DNA of 64,000 bases from NCBI GenBank assembly GCA_000002445.1, contig CP000070.1, positions 128,001 through 192,000 of the forward strand, given 5' to 3'. Below, piece after piece: positions 11,274 to 23,124 of this stretch. The notes under the pieces are model-generated. The model was not told the DNA's origin, made no database searches, and saw nothing but the letters and a program-made list of their open reading frames with translations. The position numbers were made by a program, and so were the translations under genes. This DNA is from Trypanosoma brucei. Lineage: Eukaryota. The stretch's first letter is position 1. Each line of letters begins with the position of its first letter.

Positions 11274-12333
11274 TATAAAATAGGGTTCAACAATTCAACA
11301 CGAAATGGAAAACAAGACTGAAAACTCAAGTGACGAAAGGGGGTAAGTGACTGAGGTGAAATAAAAGAGAGGAAAACAGCATGGACAAACACAAATGTAG
11401 AAATGAGAAGAAGAAAAAAGCAAATGAACGCAAAAAAAAAAAAAGAAGACTTCCCGTTACACAGAAAAAAACAAAATGAGAAAAGAAAGAAGTATAGCAA
11501 AAGGGGGCCGCAGGGGATCAGTTGCGGAGCAGCACCACCCAAGCAAATCAAATGAAGGCACTTCAAAACTGCGCCAAGAGGCTGAAGCCCCCCTTCCTTT
11601 TCCCTTTGATTTTCTTTTTCATTTCATTTCATCTCACTTCATTTTATTTTTTCCCTTTTCTCTCCTTCTCCCCTCTAATTTTCGATTTTTAACCTCTCCA
11701 CTTCATTTATTTATGTATTTAATTTGTTTTTGTTTTTTGTTCGATTTTGTTCCTCCATCCCCTATTTCACATATATTCCCCATAGCTATCTCCCCGGCCT
11801 CATATTTGCATCATCTCAGCACTTTCCATTTCTTCTTTTTTTTTTATTGCGCCTCTTCAAGTTAACATTCCAGAGAAGTAACATATCCTGCGGCGGCACA
11901 GCAAAGGAAAGTGGGAAGCAGTTGCAAAAAAGAAAAAAAGACAACAAAAGAGACAAATGAAAAACAACAGCAAGACAAAAAAGAAAAAAAAACAAAAACA
12001 ATAGAAATCACGAACAATTTGGACAAGAAGAACACTAGCACCTCAATATGCGCTACCTACTACACTTTTTTTTTCGACTTCTTTTTTGTTTCTTTTTTTT
12101 TTGTTGTTGTTTTTATGCCGTCCATGTTAGATCATTCAACAACAATAACTGCTTTCATCATTTAACTACGGGTCTCACTTCGCAGTGGTCAAACGTGTTG
12201 CACGACACTTCCATCAAGAGAAGTTAAACACGAAAACAAACTTCAACTCATCCTGTTAGATTTGTGAAAACTGAATAACATTTTAAAAAAAAAAAGAAAA
12301 CAAAAAGCAGTAGCACATATACACCTATACACC

Positions 12334-12390
12334 TATATATATATATATATATATATACATATGCGTGTGTGTGTGTGTGTGTGTGTGTGT
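12334..12390. repeat. Compound microsatellite (TA)n followed by (GT)13
   Basis: ctatatatatatatatatatatatacatatgc followed by gtgtgtgtgtgtgtgtgtgtgtgtgt, read directly. Confidence 0.9.
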
Positions 12391-12921
12391 AAACACGGAG
12401 GGAAGAAAATCACTCGCCAAGCGACTTTCACTTCCCGCCCCACACACAAATTCGGGTGACTGGAGATGTTGTGCTCACAAATAATGGTGGCGCAGTTATC
12501 TTTCCCTTCTCTTTCCATTTCCCTTTTCTATATGTCACCCATTTCTCTCATTCAACATTTAAGAGTGTAGTTTCAACTTCTCTTCTCCTCTTTTAAAAAA
12601 TTCTTTTATATCTTAGTTCACTTGTTAAGAGTCGTTTCTTTTGCTCCGTTACATCTTCTCTTCTCTCAGAGAGGTACGAATAATAACAACGACTACTACA
12701 ACACGAAAACAACAATGAAAAATGGAAAAAAAAAATAACAAAAAACTTACGCGCACAAAAATAGACGTACGTCTTGTGCAAAGGCGTCCACACAAGCCAC
12801 GACCCGCAACACTCACTTTTAACACGGCGCATCGTTTAGGAAGGCATACATATTAAAGATAAAATGTAGGTAACACAAGTGAACTTTTACTTCACGATCT
12901 GCCAAACAGGGCCCACTTCGC

Positions 12922-15399
12922 TCATGCCAAGCCTTTGGAGAAACCTACGGGAAACACATCACTGCATTTAAGTAACTTGTCAATTGGGTTAAATTCGATA
13001 CTCATTGCAGCGCCATCACATGTCACGCACTGCAGTAATGTAGAGCCCGACCCATATTGTCCAAAACATGCGGAAGGGCCGGTCTCACCTGTTAAGCACG
13101 CGGCTCCCACGGAACTCTTTGATTGTGTCACCACATCCAAATGCCGGTACGCCGGCCGCTCCCACCAAACAACAAATGAACGCGCAAGCTCCTTTGATGT
13201 TGCGTAGTTGCGATTCGCATAACTTTCACCCGCTTTTTCGCTCCTAAAGGATTTACCAGCACATGAAGCATCTGCCACGTCATCAACACTTCCAGCGAGG
13301 CTCTGACTGTGTGAAGTGGCGGAGTCTCTGGTAGCGGTAGGTAAACATCGTCTTGCTGTCAAGTCTACCGTCTCTACAAGTGGTGACACTCGTCTCCAAA
13401 CGTAACCGGCTATGCCTTTACTTTCAAACCATGAACTGGTTGATGGGGCCTTCACGGCACTTTTTGAACCTCCAGTGTCTTGATGTAAACTCTCCCCCCG
13501 TGACGCCTCCCCGGAATTCAACGTTACTTCTGAAGAATACCCGTATTCACCCACAACTTGCGAGTCAGTTTGCTTTCTATTAGAGGAAGTTTCTGCAACG
13601 CGCATCAAATGCCTCCACAGTTCTGGCATTGTAGCTACCCATTTAGGAAGAAATACCTCATTTTTTAGGGGCAGTGGGCATTCAAGTGCGGCCCACTCGG
13701 AACTGAAGAACTTACAAAAACTGCGAAGTGAATGGAGAGAGGATTGAACGTTTTGCACTCGCATGGCCTTGGAGGGGTCCTTTGTGCTCACGTCATGGGG
13801 TTTCGGCTCCTCGTGCTCACCGGCAAAGAAAATCTTGAGAGTGTTGTGCGCAACACAGAAAAGAAATACTTCACCAAGAAACATCATATGAAAAATAGGA
13901 GTCGGTACGGAGACGTTTCGCAACTCCCTAATCATCACAAAGTGTCCTGTAAGTGGCGTGCCACTGTTGTTCCCGCCTTCGGCAGACCCTTCAGCATCAT
14001 CAACATATCTCCAAACACGTATAAGTGTGCCCCGCGAACTGCAACTCGCCACATGACACCGAATTCCCACACCAACGGATCTGTATTCAGCTCCTCCACA
14101 GTCAACTGTGGCCCCACCATCCACAAAAACAGCTAATGAAACCAACCTGTTTGCATGGGCTGGAGACTTTGTGCCCAACATTTCGGGGCCTCTCCAAGCA
14201 CTAAGGGGGTCCTCACTGGCATAACGCAGGAGACTAAACCCGAAAAGAGAACTACTAAATACAAGAAACTTTCTGTGAAAGTCAATAGCAAATGGTGCAG
14301 TAATGTCACATGAACCTTCTGTAGGTCGCACTGATGACGTTGTGGCCCCAAGAACCGTATCGTTGACTGACTTCATGCTGGACATAGAGCAATTACCAGT
14401 AAGGCTATCAGTAGCGAAGTTGTTGAACGCAGATGAGTTTCCACTAGCATGAAAGGGAGATAAGGATGGACGATTCATGACGGTAACGTCTGTTTGTGCT
14501 GGCGTCGAGAACACACATTGGCCAGTTTCGAAACTGTGCAACCGCAGCTCTACAGTTGTGAAAATAATAATAAGTTTGTGATCGAGATGTACAACCACAA
14601 CTGGATCAGGAACTGGAACAGTCCGTTCTTCCTGGATCTCTCCAGCAACGTAAATTTTCACCTCATTCCTTTCACCAAGTGGATATGGACCACCGCCGAC
14701 AAGAGCAACAAATTGTGTGCGATATAAGAGTGCCATGAGACCGACACCAACCTCCACTGGGAGCGGCTCAACCAACGAATGACGGATGGAAGAATCCACA
14801 TTTTGCGTGGTTAACTTGAGCACATCCCCAGTTGTTTGATCCCACGACAATCCTGCAGTTTGAAGGTTGGTAAGCGCACAGTCAGAGCCTACCGCACATG
14901 CGGCTGCTTCCGACTTCCAAGGCGGTTGCCCCGATGTCCCATAAGCATCCGCAGTAGTTTCTGCAAAGTCAGGAAGAAATGCCCCATATCCAGTTGACGG
15001 GTTGCAGTCAAATGTACTAAGAAGCACATCACATTCCCGCCTGTCACCAACGCTAGTTGAAGCCCTAACTTTCTCTTCTACACCACATGACATCTCTGCA
15101 TCCGGCCCTGAGGCTGCACTTGGCGTGCGGAAATGTGTGTAAGGTGAGGCACAATCGCTTTCTCGGCGGGGAAACTTCACTTCAACTGTGGTATAAAATG
15201 ATGGGGGAGATCCTCCTCGTCCTTCCCAACTCTCCTCCTTTGCCGAAGAGGGAGCAGCACCAGAGCCGCCGCGGTGAACATTATAAATCACATAACCCTT
15301 CTGATGGCCAACACCAACGCGCGAATAGTCTTGATTTGTGCAAAAACAGAGCGGCTGAAGTATTTCTTCAGCATCGTCTAGAAAGTCAAAATCTTCCAT
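12922..15399 (-). CDS. Hypothetical 825-aa protein; the N-terminus resembles the beta-propeller of the PROPPIN (Atg18/WIPI)/BCAS3 family
   Basis: ATG verified. The N-terminal ILQPLCFCTNQDYSRVGVGHQKGYVIYNVH resembles the Atg18/WIPI/BCAS3 start motif (L..FNQD..CFA.G...G..IYN). The rest of the protein is serine-rich and low-complexity. Confidence 0.5.
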   Translation of the reverse strand: MEDFDFLDDAEEILQPLCFCTNQDYSRVGVGHQKGYVIYNVHRGGSGAAPSSAKEESWEGRGGSPPSFYTTVEVKFPRRESDCASPYTHFRTPSAASGPDAEMSCGVEEKVRASTSVGDRRECDVLLSTFDCNPSTGYGAFLPDFAETTADAYGTSGQPPWKSEAAACAVGSDCALTNLQTAGLSWDQTTGDVLKLTTQNVDSSIRHSLVEPLPVEVGVGLMALLYRTQFVALVGGGPYPLGERNEVKIYVAGEIQEERTVPVPDPVVVVHLDHKLIIIFTTVELRLHSFETGQCVFSTPAQTDVTVMNRPSLSPFHASGNSSAFNNFATDSLTGNCSMSSMKSVNDTVLGATTSSVRPTEGSCDITAPFAIDFHRKFLVFSSSLFGFSLLRYASEDPLSAWRGPEMLGTKSPAHANRLVSLAVFVDGGATVDCGGAEYRSVGVGIRCHVASCSSRGTLIRVWRYVDDAEGSAEGGNNSGTPLTGHFVMIRELRNVSVPTPIFHMMFLGEVFLFCVAHNTLKIFFAGEHEEPKPHDVSTKDPSKAMRVQNVQSSLHSLRSFCKFFSSEWAALECPLPLKNEVFLPKWVATMPELWRHLMRVAETSSNRKQTDSQVVGEYGYSSEVTLNSGEASRGESLHQDTGGSKSAVKAPSTSSWFESKGIAGYVWRRVSPLVETVDLTARRCLPTATRDSATSHSQSLAGSVDDVADASCAGKSFRSEKAGESYANRNYATSKELARSFVVWWERPAYRHLDVVTQSKSSVGAACLTGETGPSACFGQYGSGSTLLQCVTCDGAAMSIEFNPIDKLLKCSDVFPVGFSKGLA

Positions 15400-15891
15400 T
15401 TGCTTCCTACCTGTACCCGTGTTTCGTGTGGGTCTGGCAATAAAAGTGTATATATATATATTTTTTTTTTTTTATATATGGGCGGTATACCGGAACCTCG
15501 CACAAGACAACAGTAAAGGAGGAAAAGAGCTATTTCAATTAGCAACGTCACAAGACACCTCGATACACGTGGACTCAACAATAACAACAATGCCGAAGTA
15601 ACATAAAAAGAAGTCATGTAGAGTGAAAAGAGCGCTCTGCTGAGAGGCAGTTACCCCTCAAAAATGAGGAAAAAACGTATCAGTAAGTGGTTAATAAATT
15701 CCCTCTGCTAGTTTGTAAATCGGAGGGCATTAAAATACTACAATACTGCCTCATACTCCCCTCACGACCCTGTAAATTATTTTCAACCGCCTAGCCAACG
15801 GGTAAATAGTACAATCACGCTAACAGAACGCAAGCACCATGCGTAAATGTTTTTGACGTCTGTGAACATATATACCATGCCTGTGCGTCTC

Positions 15892-15916
15892 CACACACAC
15901 ACACACACACACACAT
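15892..15916. repeat. (CA)n microsatellite
   Basis: ccacacacacacacacacacacacatacac. Confidence 0.9.
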
Positions 15917-16097
15917 ACACTGCCAAAAAGAGTTATTGAGAGGTAACGCAGGCAGCAAACGCAACGTTCCATACTCATAGGATACCTTTGGCGCTACAAC
16001 TTTTGAAGCATTTTGCAATTAGTACCCTCCTTGGGACCAAGCACTCAGCTCACGTGTAGACATATGGGCCGGCAACTCTCCGTGATTATTCGTCGCC

Positions 16098-18422
16098 TTA
16101 AAAAGAACCCGGTTTACTTGTAGAGGCCGCAGAGTTTGCGGCTTGCTGAATGTACGCCATCAACTCACCGTCATCTCGCTTCACCTCTGTCCGTGACCAC
16201 GGCACACCCTTGCGCATCATTTGATCTCCCAAATACCAAAGTGCATAACACCGTCGCCTGCGCTGCTCTTCCGTGATCGCAACGTCCTGGAGAACATTTT
16301 GAGCGGCAAAGCGAAGCACACAACTTGCGTCGGCCACAACCGAATCAAATTCCATGCTGAAATATTCCGTCATAACCTTCCTGGCCAACCACTCTGGATT
16401 ATCTTTGGCTCTGTCGTCCACCTTCTCGCGAAACGCTGCATAGACACGGTCAACACCAGAGAAAATTTTCTTGTATACGTGAAGCTTTGGTGCATAAAAA
16501 GGTAAAATGCCAAGGAATCGCTGACTTGATATGACATACGACTGTCCAACCTCGTACATCAGTTCCCTTCCAAAACACGCCTCCGCCAGGTGACGTGTGT
16601 AGCGGTCACAACGGTCCTCAAAGTCGCGCGAAAAACAGTTAAACTCGTTGGTAAAACAAGTCAGTTCATATGGTGAGCCCGTTCCTTCATTATTGGGAGT
16701 ATCGCCTTGGTTTTTGTGTTGTGCCGTAGTTTGTTTCCTCTCTCGTGCTGGCTGGTTCTTTTTTCTTCCACTTAATTCATCTATCAGTGCATCAGCAACC
16801 TCACTCTGGGGTTGACCACTTCGATGCTTGCAACCCTTTGCAGCCGGAGCCATTGCATGGACATCGACTATACGTACCAGCTCTAAAGTAAGTTCAAAGC
16901 AGCGAAGTACCTGAAGTTGCTCAAATTCGTGGAGAGAAACACTCACCTGTGCTTCGTTCCGCAAGTGCCAATGGGAACGCAACAGTTGCCCGAGTACTTT
17001 TTGTTTAAAAATTTCACCACCAAACACACTTTGGACAACTTCCTCAGGTGTCCGCGCCATGAACCGTCCCATTTTACTTTCGTGTAGCCGAAGTGCCTGC
17101 GCCCCGCCAAGATCATAGGAACGCCGTTTCTCAGGATTGGAGAGTATTTGATAAGCCTGTGATATGCTCTCAAACTTCTCCCTTGCTTTTCTGCGCTCTT
17201 CTTCGCTGCCACACTGAACAGTATCAGGATGAAAAACTTTAGCCAACCGCTTGTACTGAGCCTTCACTTGCTCCAGTGTAGCATTCCGCTTCACTTGAAG
17301 TACCTCGTAAGGATTTTCGATATTCTCCGCCCTGCCACGAGTTGTATGTTGTGCCTTTTGGTGCTTTCCCCCAAACTTCTCGTTTATACGGTCAAACGAG
17401 AAGCCCATCGACGCGAGCCGGTCTTTCCATCGATTCTCTGCCCTCATATTCTTCCGCCGGAATTCCAACCGACCAACACTTCGAATTGCGCGACGCTCAA
17501 GCGATACCTCACGATGAAGCCACAAAGCAGTTAGGGCGCTGCAGTAGTGCCACCGGCCACTTCCAGCTTCAAAGAAAAGTTTTCCAGAGAGTGCGTTCCA
17601 CACGCCGTACATGGAGTTTATCAGACCGGAGGGAACGTGAATAAGAGGTGAGAGAACTAATCCATAGGCAAGGAACTGCGAGGCGCGTAAAAATCCCGTA
17701 GCTGGCCCCCGAATAGCTCCCATGACAACTCCGTGGTCCCTAATTCCACGCAAAGTACCAAAGAAAACACATGCTAACGAATTCTGAATAGCAATTACAG
17801 AGTTCCACAATAATGTGTAGAGTGCTAACCAAATGTGGCGGCGGGGTGTCAAGTTCATCCTGCCGTAGAAATTAAGCGCATGCAAGCGCTTCATGCGGTT
17901 GAGGTAGTCAAGGTCAGCTGACAGCGTCGCTAATTGATCATTCAGTGCCGTCTCAGGCTGCCCCAACTTCTTCTTTCGCATATTTAGTAGCGCATGCCGC
18001 ATGCGGTTGAAGGTTTGGACGATAGTTGAAGAGGAGCCTACAGGCGGAACCCATCCAACAGGGCGCTGATGTCTTCCTTTAGCGCAAGCATTCGTTGCAC
18101 CATAGCAGCGGATTATCTTCACAACATTTGCCGGACGTCTCGTCCATGTGGACGGACAATCATCGACTACAAGTTGTGGCTTCTCAAAGAGCACAAAAGA
18201 CAACCTCTTCAGTTCTGCTTCCAGAGCGTCCGCCTTGGTTGCGAGTCGGTGGTGTATCGGCAGCATTTCGCTGTCTTCCTGTGAAGCGTCCATTGCTCGG
18301 AATTCCTCCTCTTCCAGCAACTGTTCACGTGTCTCTTCCGATATCCCTTCACTCGTAGTGGCGGTATGTAACCTCCAGCCGGTTGCCGCATTCAACCAAA
18401 CTAAAGAAACATGCCGCCGCAT
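16098..18422 (-). CDS. Membrane-associated J-protein: hydrophobic N-terminal half, a central DnaJ (J) domain, then a DnaJ-X-like region
   Basis: The ORF-track start at 18455 is TTG; the first ATG is at 18422 (MRRHVSLVW...). J domain NPYEVLQVKRNATLEQVKAQYKRLAKVFHPDTV...ISQAYQILSNPEKRRSYD contains the HPD motif. Several hydrophobic helices lie upstream (HIWLALYTLLWNSVIAIQ, FLAYGLVLSPLIHV). SVFGGEIFKQKVLGQLL follows the J domain. Confidence 0.75.
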   Translation of the reverse strand: MRRHVSLVWLNAATGWRLHTATTSEGISEETREQLLEEEEFRAMDASQEDSEMLPIHHRLATKADALEAELKRLSFVLFEKPQLVVDDCPSTWTRRPANVVKIIRCYGATNACAKGRHQRPVGWVPPVGSSSTIVQTFNRMRHALLNMRKKKLGQPETALNDQLATLSADLDYLNRMKRLHALNFYGRMNLTPRRHIWLALYTLLWNSVIAIQNSLACVFFGTLRGIRDHGVVMGAIRGPATGFLRASQFLAYGLVLSPLIHVPSGLINSMYGVWNALSGKLFFEAGSGRWHYCSALTALWLHREVSLERRAIRSVGRLEFRRKNMRAENRWKDRLASMGFSFDRINEKFGGKHQKAQHTTRGRAENIENPYEVLQVKRNATLEQVKAQYKRLAKVFHPDTVQCGSEEERRKAREKFESISQAYQILSNPEKRRSYDLGGAQALRLHESKMGRFMARTPEEVVQSVFGGEIFKQKVLGQLLRSHWHLRNEAQVSVSLHEFEQLQVLRCFELTLELVRIVDVHAMAPAAKGCKHRSGQPQSEVADALIDELSGRKKNQPARERKQTTAQHKNQGDTPNNEGTGSPYELTCFTNEFNCFSRDFEDRCDRYTRHLAEACFGRELMYEVGQSYVISSQRFLGILPFYAPKLHVYKKIFSGVDRVYAAFREKVDDRAKDNPEWLARKVMTEYFSMEFDSVVADASCVLRFAAQNVLQDVAITEEQRRRRCYALWYLGDQMMRKGVPWSRTEVKRDDGELMAYIQQAANSAASTSKPGSF

Positions 18423-19935
18423 CTCTCCTAACCCGATCCCCGGGGCGGATAACAAGTCCGGAGTTGCAGGCTTTTGATTATTTAATTAATTATTATTTTT
18501 TTTTTTTTTGGTTCGCTACTACCTGTAAAGATTTTGGGGGGCGCCGTCATAAACGGTGGCCGTGTCTCATGCGTAGAACATATCAATAGACAGGAAAGTG
18601 AGAGTAAAGGTGGTAGTGTGAAATCATGAAGTTCCATGAATTAAGCATTTCAGATGCTCATGCATTCTGGGCGAACCCCACATAAGTGCCTTTTTCTTAT
18701 CCTGCTTTTACTCAGCGTTAATATGAAATTATCACATGAGTACTGCAGAACAGTCATCAGCCAACTAGTAAGTAAGTAAGTAACATATCAATGATAACTG
18801 TTAAACATGAACCAGCCGGAGCCAACACTTCCATCGACAAGTGGTTGGAGGTTATGCAGAGATAGATGAGGCCAAAACACTACAACCCTTCAGTGTAACA
18901 GAATGCGATAAGATTCAAAGGTTATTGACATTACGCCATCGACATCTTTCCAACTGCGAAGCCGCTAGTCAAACAGTGAGATATTGCAATGCGCCACATA
19001 ACCATTAACCTTTGTTCATTTTCTCATACCACCACCAAACCAACAAAAGACATTAGAAAATGCGCCTCCCTCTCTTATCAGTATTCTTCTTCCAGATTCA
19101 ATATATCACCCGAAATGTAATTACCAACGGTGATGAAGCGTAGTAACACAAACACTACAAATGGGAGTCGAGCTGCTTCACACGATACCTCTTTACACAA
19201 AACAAATTTAATCAACCGCTACACGAGAAACGAGGTGGTGGCTGCCACATATATGTGGAATAAATAAAAAAAAAAGGAATACTCTCAAGGTTAGTAACGA
19301 GTAAAAGCAAAGAAATACACAACATGTAGCCGGAGGAAAACTTAGTTATTATAAATACATATATACATATATATTGATATTGATATTGATATAGATATAG
19401 ATATCCAGCACTTCCATTAACTCTCAAGAGTCTATGAACTACCAATAAAAGTAAATAAACTTACATGACATGCCCACAAAACACGCTGAGGGGGCGGATG
19501 TTACGGACAAAATGAAAAGTACGCTAAAGCATATGACGATGTTCTTTTTGAAACCTACATTTCATTTGGCACACACCGCATAAGAACTCATTCATAACTT
19601 AAAACTAAAGGGATGGAAAAAAAAAAGTCACGCTGAAGCGAAAAGAAGAGAAGAAAAGAGAAGAGAGTGTTTTTTTTTTTAAAAAAGTGAACTACTCCTG
19701 AAGTGCATGTAAAAACAGAAAGAGGACCGAAAAAACTGACCAAAACAGTGAGTGATGATAAGAAAACAAAGGTGGAGAATTCGCTGCTTTGAAATAAAAA
19801 GAAAACAAAAAAACAATGAACCAAAAATATCGCGGCAAACGCCTTCATACACTGCAGAAATGTCAATTAATATGAAAAGTTCACTGGAGAGGGTGTTCAC
19901 ATAGAAAGGAAATAAGTTGTATTCACAGCGACAAT

Positions 19936-19975
19936 TGTAATGATAATAATAATAATAATAATAATGGTAATAATA
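19936..19975. repeat. (AAT)n microsatellite; a second (AAT)n lies at about 20253-20275
   Basis: gataataataataataataataatggtaataat. Confidence 0.85.
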
Positions 19976-21657
19976 TTAGTTCAACGCAACGCAACGTAAA
20001 AGCAAAAAAAAAAATTGAAAATGATGGTCACAAAGCAGTAAAAGGGTGGAAACAGCTTTTCACAAGCAAGAGGGTAGTGCAGTTGGGAAACTAATGATGG
20101 CACAAAAAGACAAACAAAATCAAAAACGAAACAGCAAAAAGCAAAAAAAAAAAGCAAAGATGATGAGTTTGTAGTTGCTCGAAGGATTGTATGGTCCACA
20201 AGTTGTATTCAGATGTCCAAACCAGAATCCAAGGCAAAAGAGGAAGAGTATAATAATAATAATAATAATAATTAAAACAAAACAAAAGGAAAATGAACGG
20301 AAAGGGGGAAAAAAACATACCTGGACGGCCGCTAACGAAGTTTTGAAAGGCACTGAACTGAATGTGCTAAACAAACAAACAAACAGTTTAGCAACCGCAA
20401 TACATTCACACACTTAATAAATAAAAATATATATATACATATATTATTGACTTACAAAGATACAGGGGGAAAAAAAGAGGGGGGAAAATATAAAGGCAAT
20501 TCATATGTTCGATGATCCAGACACATATACACACACAAACGCGAACAAAAAAAAAGAAAAATAGTCGCACGCTCAATAAATAGAAGGGAAGAGAAAAATA
20601 CAGGGCGCGTGTAAAATGCCAAAGAAGCAGTCAAAAGGAATAAATTAAATAAATAAAAAACACAAACTACCGCTCAAATTCATAGACCACTGATTTTTTT
20701 AAAAATTAAAAAAAAACAAAAGTAACGACGATGAAACCCCGGAAGTGGGACGAAAGGAGGCATTTAAGGGGGATCACATCAGGTCAGTAGTGACTTTCCC
20801 ATCAAACAAACAAACAAACACAAAAAAAAAGAGGGTGCAGAACGTTTAAAGGGGAGGACAAGTAATACAAAGATAATTTTAAGAAAATATGAACAAATAA
20901 GACACGAAAAAGAAACAAATGAAAGAAGAAAACAAAAAAAAACAGTGGCTAAACACTAACAAAAAGAAAGTAAGTAGAAATGAGTAAAGGAATCCCGTGA
21001 AGAAACCATGTTAAATAAACATGACTCCTTGCACGAAAAAGTAAAACAAGTCGAACTACCACGAAAATAACAGTGGAAAAAAGGAAACCACAAAAAAAAA
21101 AACAACAACAACACGCCAGCAAAGAAAAAAAAGGAGGATGTTCTTCTTACACTTTGTAACCGGTTTAATACACAGAAATAATAGCACAAATATTTAAAAA
21201 AAAACAATATAAAAGTAAGAAGTAATGATAGAAAAGACATATCCAGTGGGACATAACCTTCGTGAGGTGATGCTGACCCTGAAGTTTACACCAATGGAGC
21301 GCAGCGGTGGTTACACGGCAAAAGTTTTCCCACAATTTGTTCGTACTATTTATTATTATTATTTTTTTTTTTTTTTGAGGGAGAGGTAGGGGCCTTTCCG
21401 CCGCTTCTTTGCAACTCGGCTATCACTTCGATTGATATATACGTGTCAATGATTTAAGCCTTCCAATTTTTTTTGTTTCTTCCCCCTTTTCTTTTCTTTT
21501 CTTTTCGCGTTCGTTCGTTCGTTTGTTTCTTTTATTTATTTATTTATTTATTTGTGCATGCGGGAGGGACTGGGAGAGGAGGAGGAGGGAAGGGATTTCA
21601 TTTGGTATTATCTCTATTTTCCTAACCTTAAGTCTAACATACTCCCCCCTCCCTCCG

Positions 21658-23124
21658 TTACACATTCTGTTGTAACCAATCACGAACAATAACTTTGCCA
21701 ACAACAAGCAGTAAGGCCCGATGTAATGCAGACGCCTGCTCCCTCACAGATGGATATCGCTGTTCTTCACTTTTGTGGCAATGCACATAAATTGGGCCGC
21801 TTCCAAATGTATAGGCGCCATCACTGCGGCATTTGCTCGTGTCCGCAGTGACGGGACTTCCTGGTGTTGAAGTTTCCTTATCACATGGTGTGTAATCAAT
21901 TACAGCACAAATAGGCGTTGCTCCTCCAAATTGCTCAATTGTTTCCCACACGTAACGAATGCCATCCATCGACGTGCCGTGGGCCAACCAGTCGATTCCA
22001 CGATTAAGACGCGAGACAACTCCCGAAGGGTTGAGTGTTGAATTCGCCGCGAAATATGATGGCTCGGATACCACACTTCCATTTCCTGTTGCAGGTGTGC
22101 CAAAGGCATCAAGTACAAAGCTACTTTCAGGAGTAATACCACTATATCGCGGAACGGGTCCAAGTTCCTCATCAGGAAGTATGACATACGCATCAGTACC
22201 AATTGTTTCCTGTTGTAAAACCTCACGGTTGAAACTTTGCTGTTGAGTAAGTCCAACAAGTCGAGTACGAACTCGCACATTACTTACAGTGCCTGCAAGC
22301 GTATCACCACCTTTACACTCTGGTATCAGAACTGGCACCTGCAATGTAACTCTGTGGTAACTCTTCCGAGGTGATTCCTCCAGGTTCATAATCCCTCGCC
22401 GGCGTTTCCAGCGGTGTGCTCCCGCTTCATCAAAACATAAGGTGGCCTCAAATGTACTTTGATCACTACTGTAAAGCGTAGAAATTGAGTCATTTGATGG
22501 ACTGGGGTTGAGAGTTGCGCTATGACTTCGACCATCATGACACTCGTCTGTTGCATTGGGGACACCGGTACCTTCTCCGATAAGTCGCTCAAGTTCTTCA
22601 AAGACTGCCGACAACCCAACATAGTCACGCTTATCAAATAGAGATTTGCCACGCAGAGAAATAACATAAATCTTCCGCTCTCTGCCACTGCCGGGTAAAG
22701 TACATTTTATTGGATAAGACGGATGAGTTGTAGTGGGATCTGCGGCACTGCTGGATGGTTCTGTAAAGGCTTCTAAAAGTCTCCGCGCCTTCCAATGGCA
22801 TTTTAAACACACACGCTGTAAAGCCGAGAGCCTCCCCATGAAAGTATTTATGAGACCCGCGAAAAGAGACGGGTTCCCACCACTTTGCGTTTCCTTTTCC
22901 TCCGGATTGTTGTCCACATGTGGATGATGTGGTTTTATTTCCTTCACTTGACAAACTTTATGCAACAGCTCGCGTGGAATGAAGGAGCCCGAGCAACAAC
23001 CACAAAAGAGGCCCCCACAACATCGGCAGTGGTGCCGCCTGCTGAAGAAATCAAACGCTTGGGCACATTGTTGGCACTCTGAAGAAGTTTCGTCCGGTTT
23101 CCACCTGCAGTTCTTCTTTTGCAT
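21658..23124 (-). CDS. FYVE-type zinc finger protein
   Basis: The ORF-track start at 23193 is GTG; the first ATG is at 23124 (MQKKNCRWKPDE...). Canonical FYVE signature W..D....C..C...F....RRHHCRCCGGLFCGCCS ... RVCLKCH. Confidence 0.8.
   Translation of the reverse strand: MQKKNCRWKPDETSSECQQCAQAFDFFSRRHHCRCCGGLFCGCCSGSFIPRELLHKVCQVKEIKPHHPHVDNNPEEKETQSGGNPSLFAGLINTFMGRLSALQRVCLKCHWKARRLLEAFTEPSSSAADPTTTHPSYPIKCTLPGSGRERKIYVISLRGKSLFDKRDYVGLSAVFEELERLIGEGTGVPNATDECHDGRSHSATLNPSPSNDSISTLYSSDQSTFEATLCFDEAGAHRWKRRRGIMNLEESPRKSYHRVTLQVPVLIPECKGGDTLAGTVSNVRVRTRLVGLTQQQSFNREVLQQETIGTDAYVILPDEELGPVPRYSGITPESSFVLDAFGTPATGNGSVVSEPSYFAANSTLNPSGVVSRLNRGIDWLAHGTSMDGIRYVWETIEQFGGATPICAVIDYTPCDKETSTPGSPVTADTSKCRSDGAYTFGSGPIYVHCHKSEEQRYPSVREQASALHRALLLVVGKVIVRDWLQQNV

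Noticed and set aside
15378-15617. 79-aa minus-strand ORF immediately upstream of the 825-aa gene
   Set aside because: It reads through a (TA)n/poly-T tract and begins with GTG. It is likely 5' intergenic sequence.
19129-19135. C-box-like GTGATGA motif as evidence for a C/D snoRNA
   Set aside because: It is on the plus (non-transcribed) strand, and no CTGA D box or terminal stem could be found within a plausible distance. I kept it only as a weak note under the intergenic-region finding.
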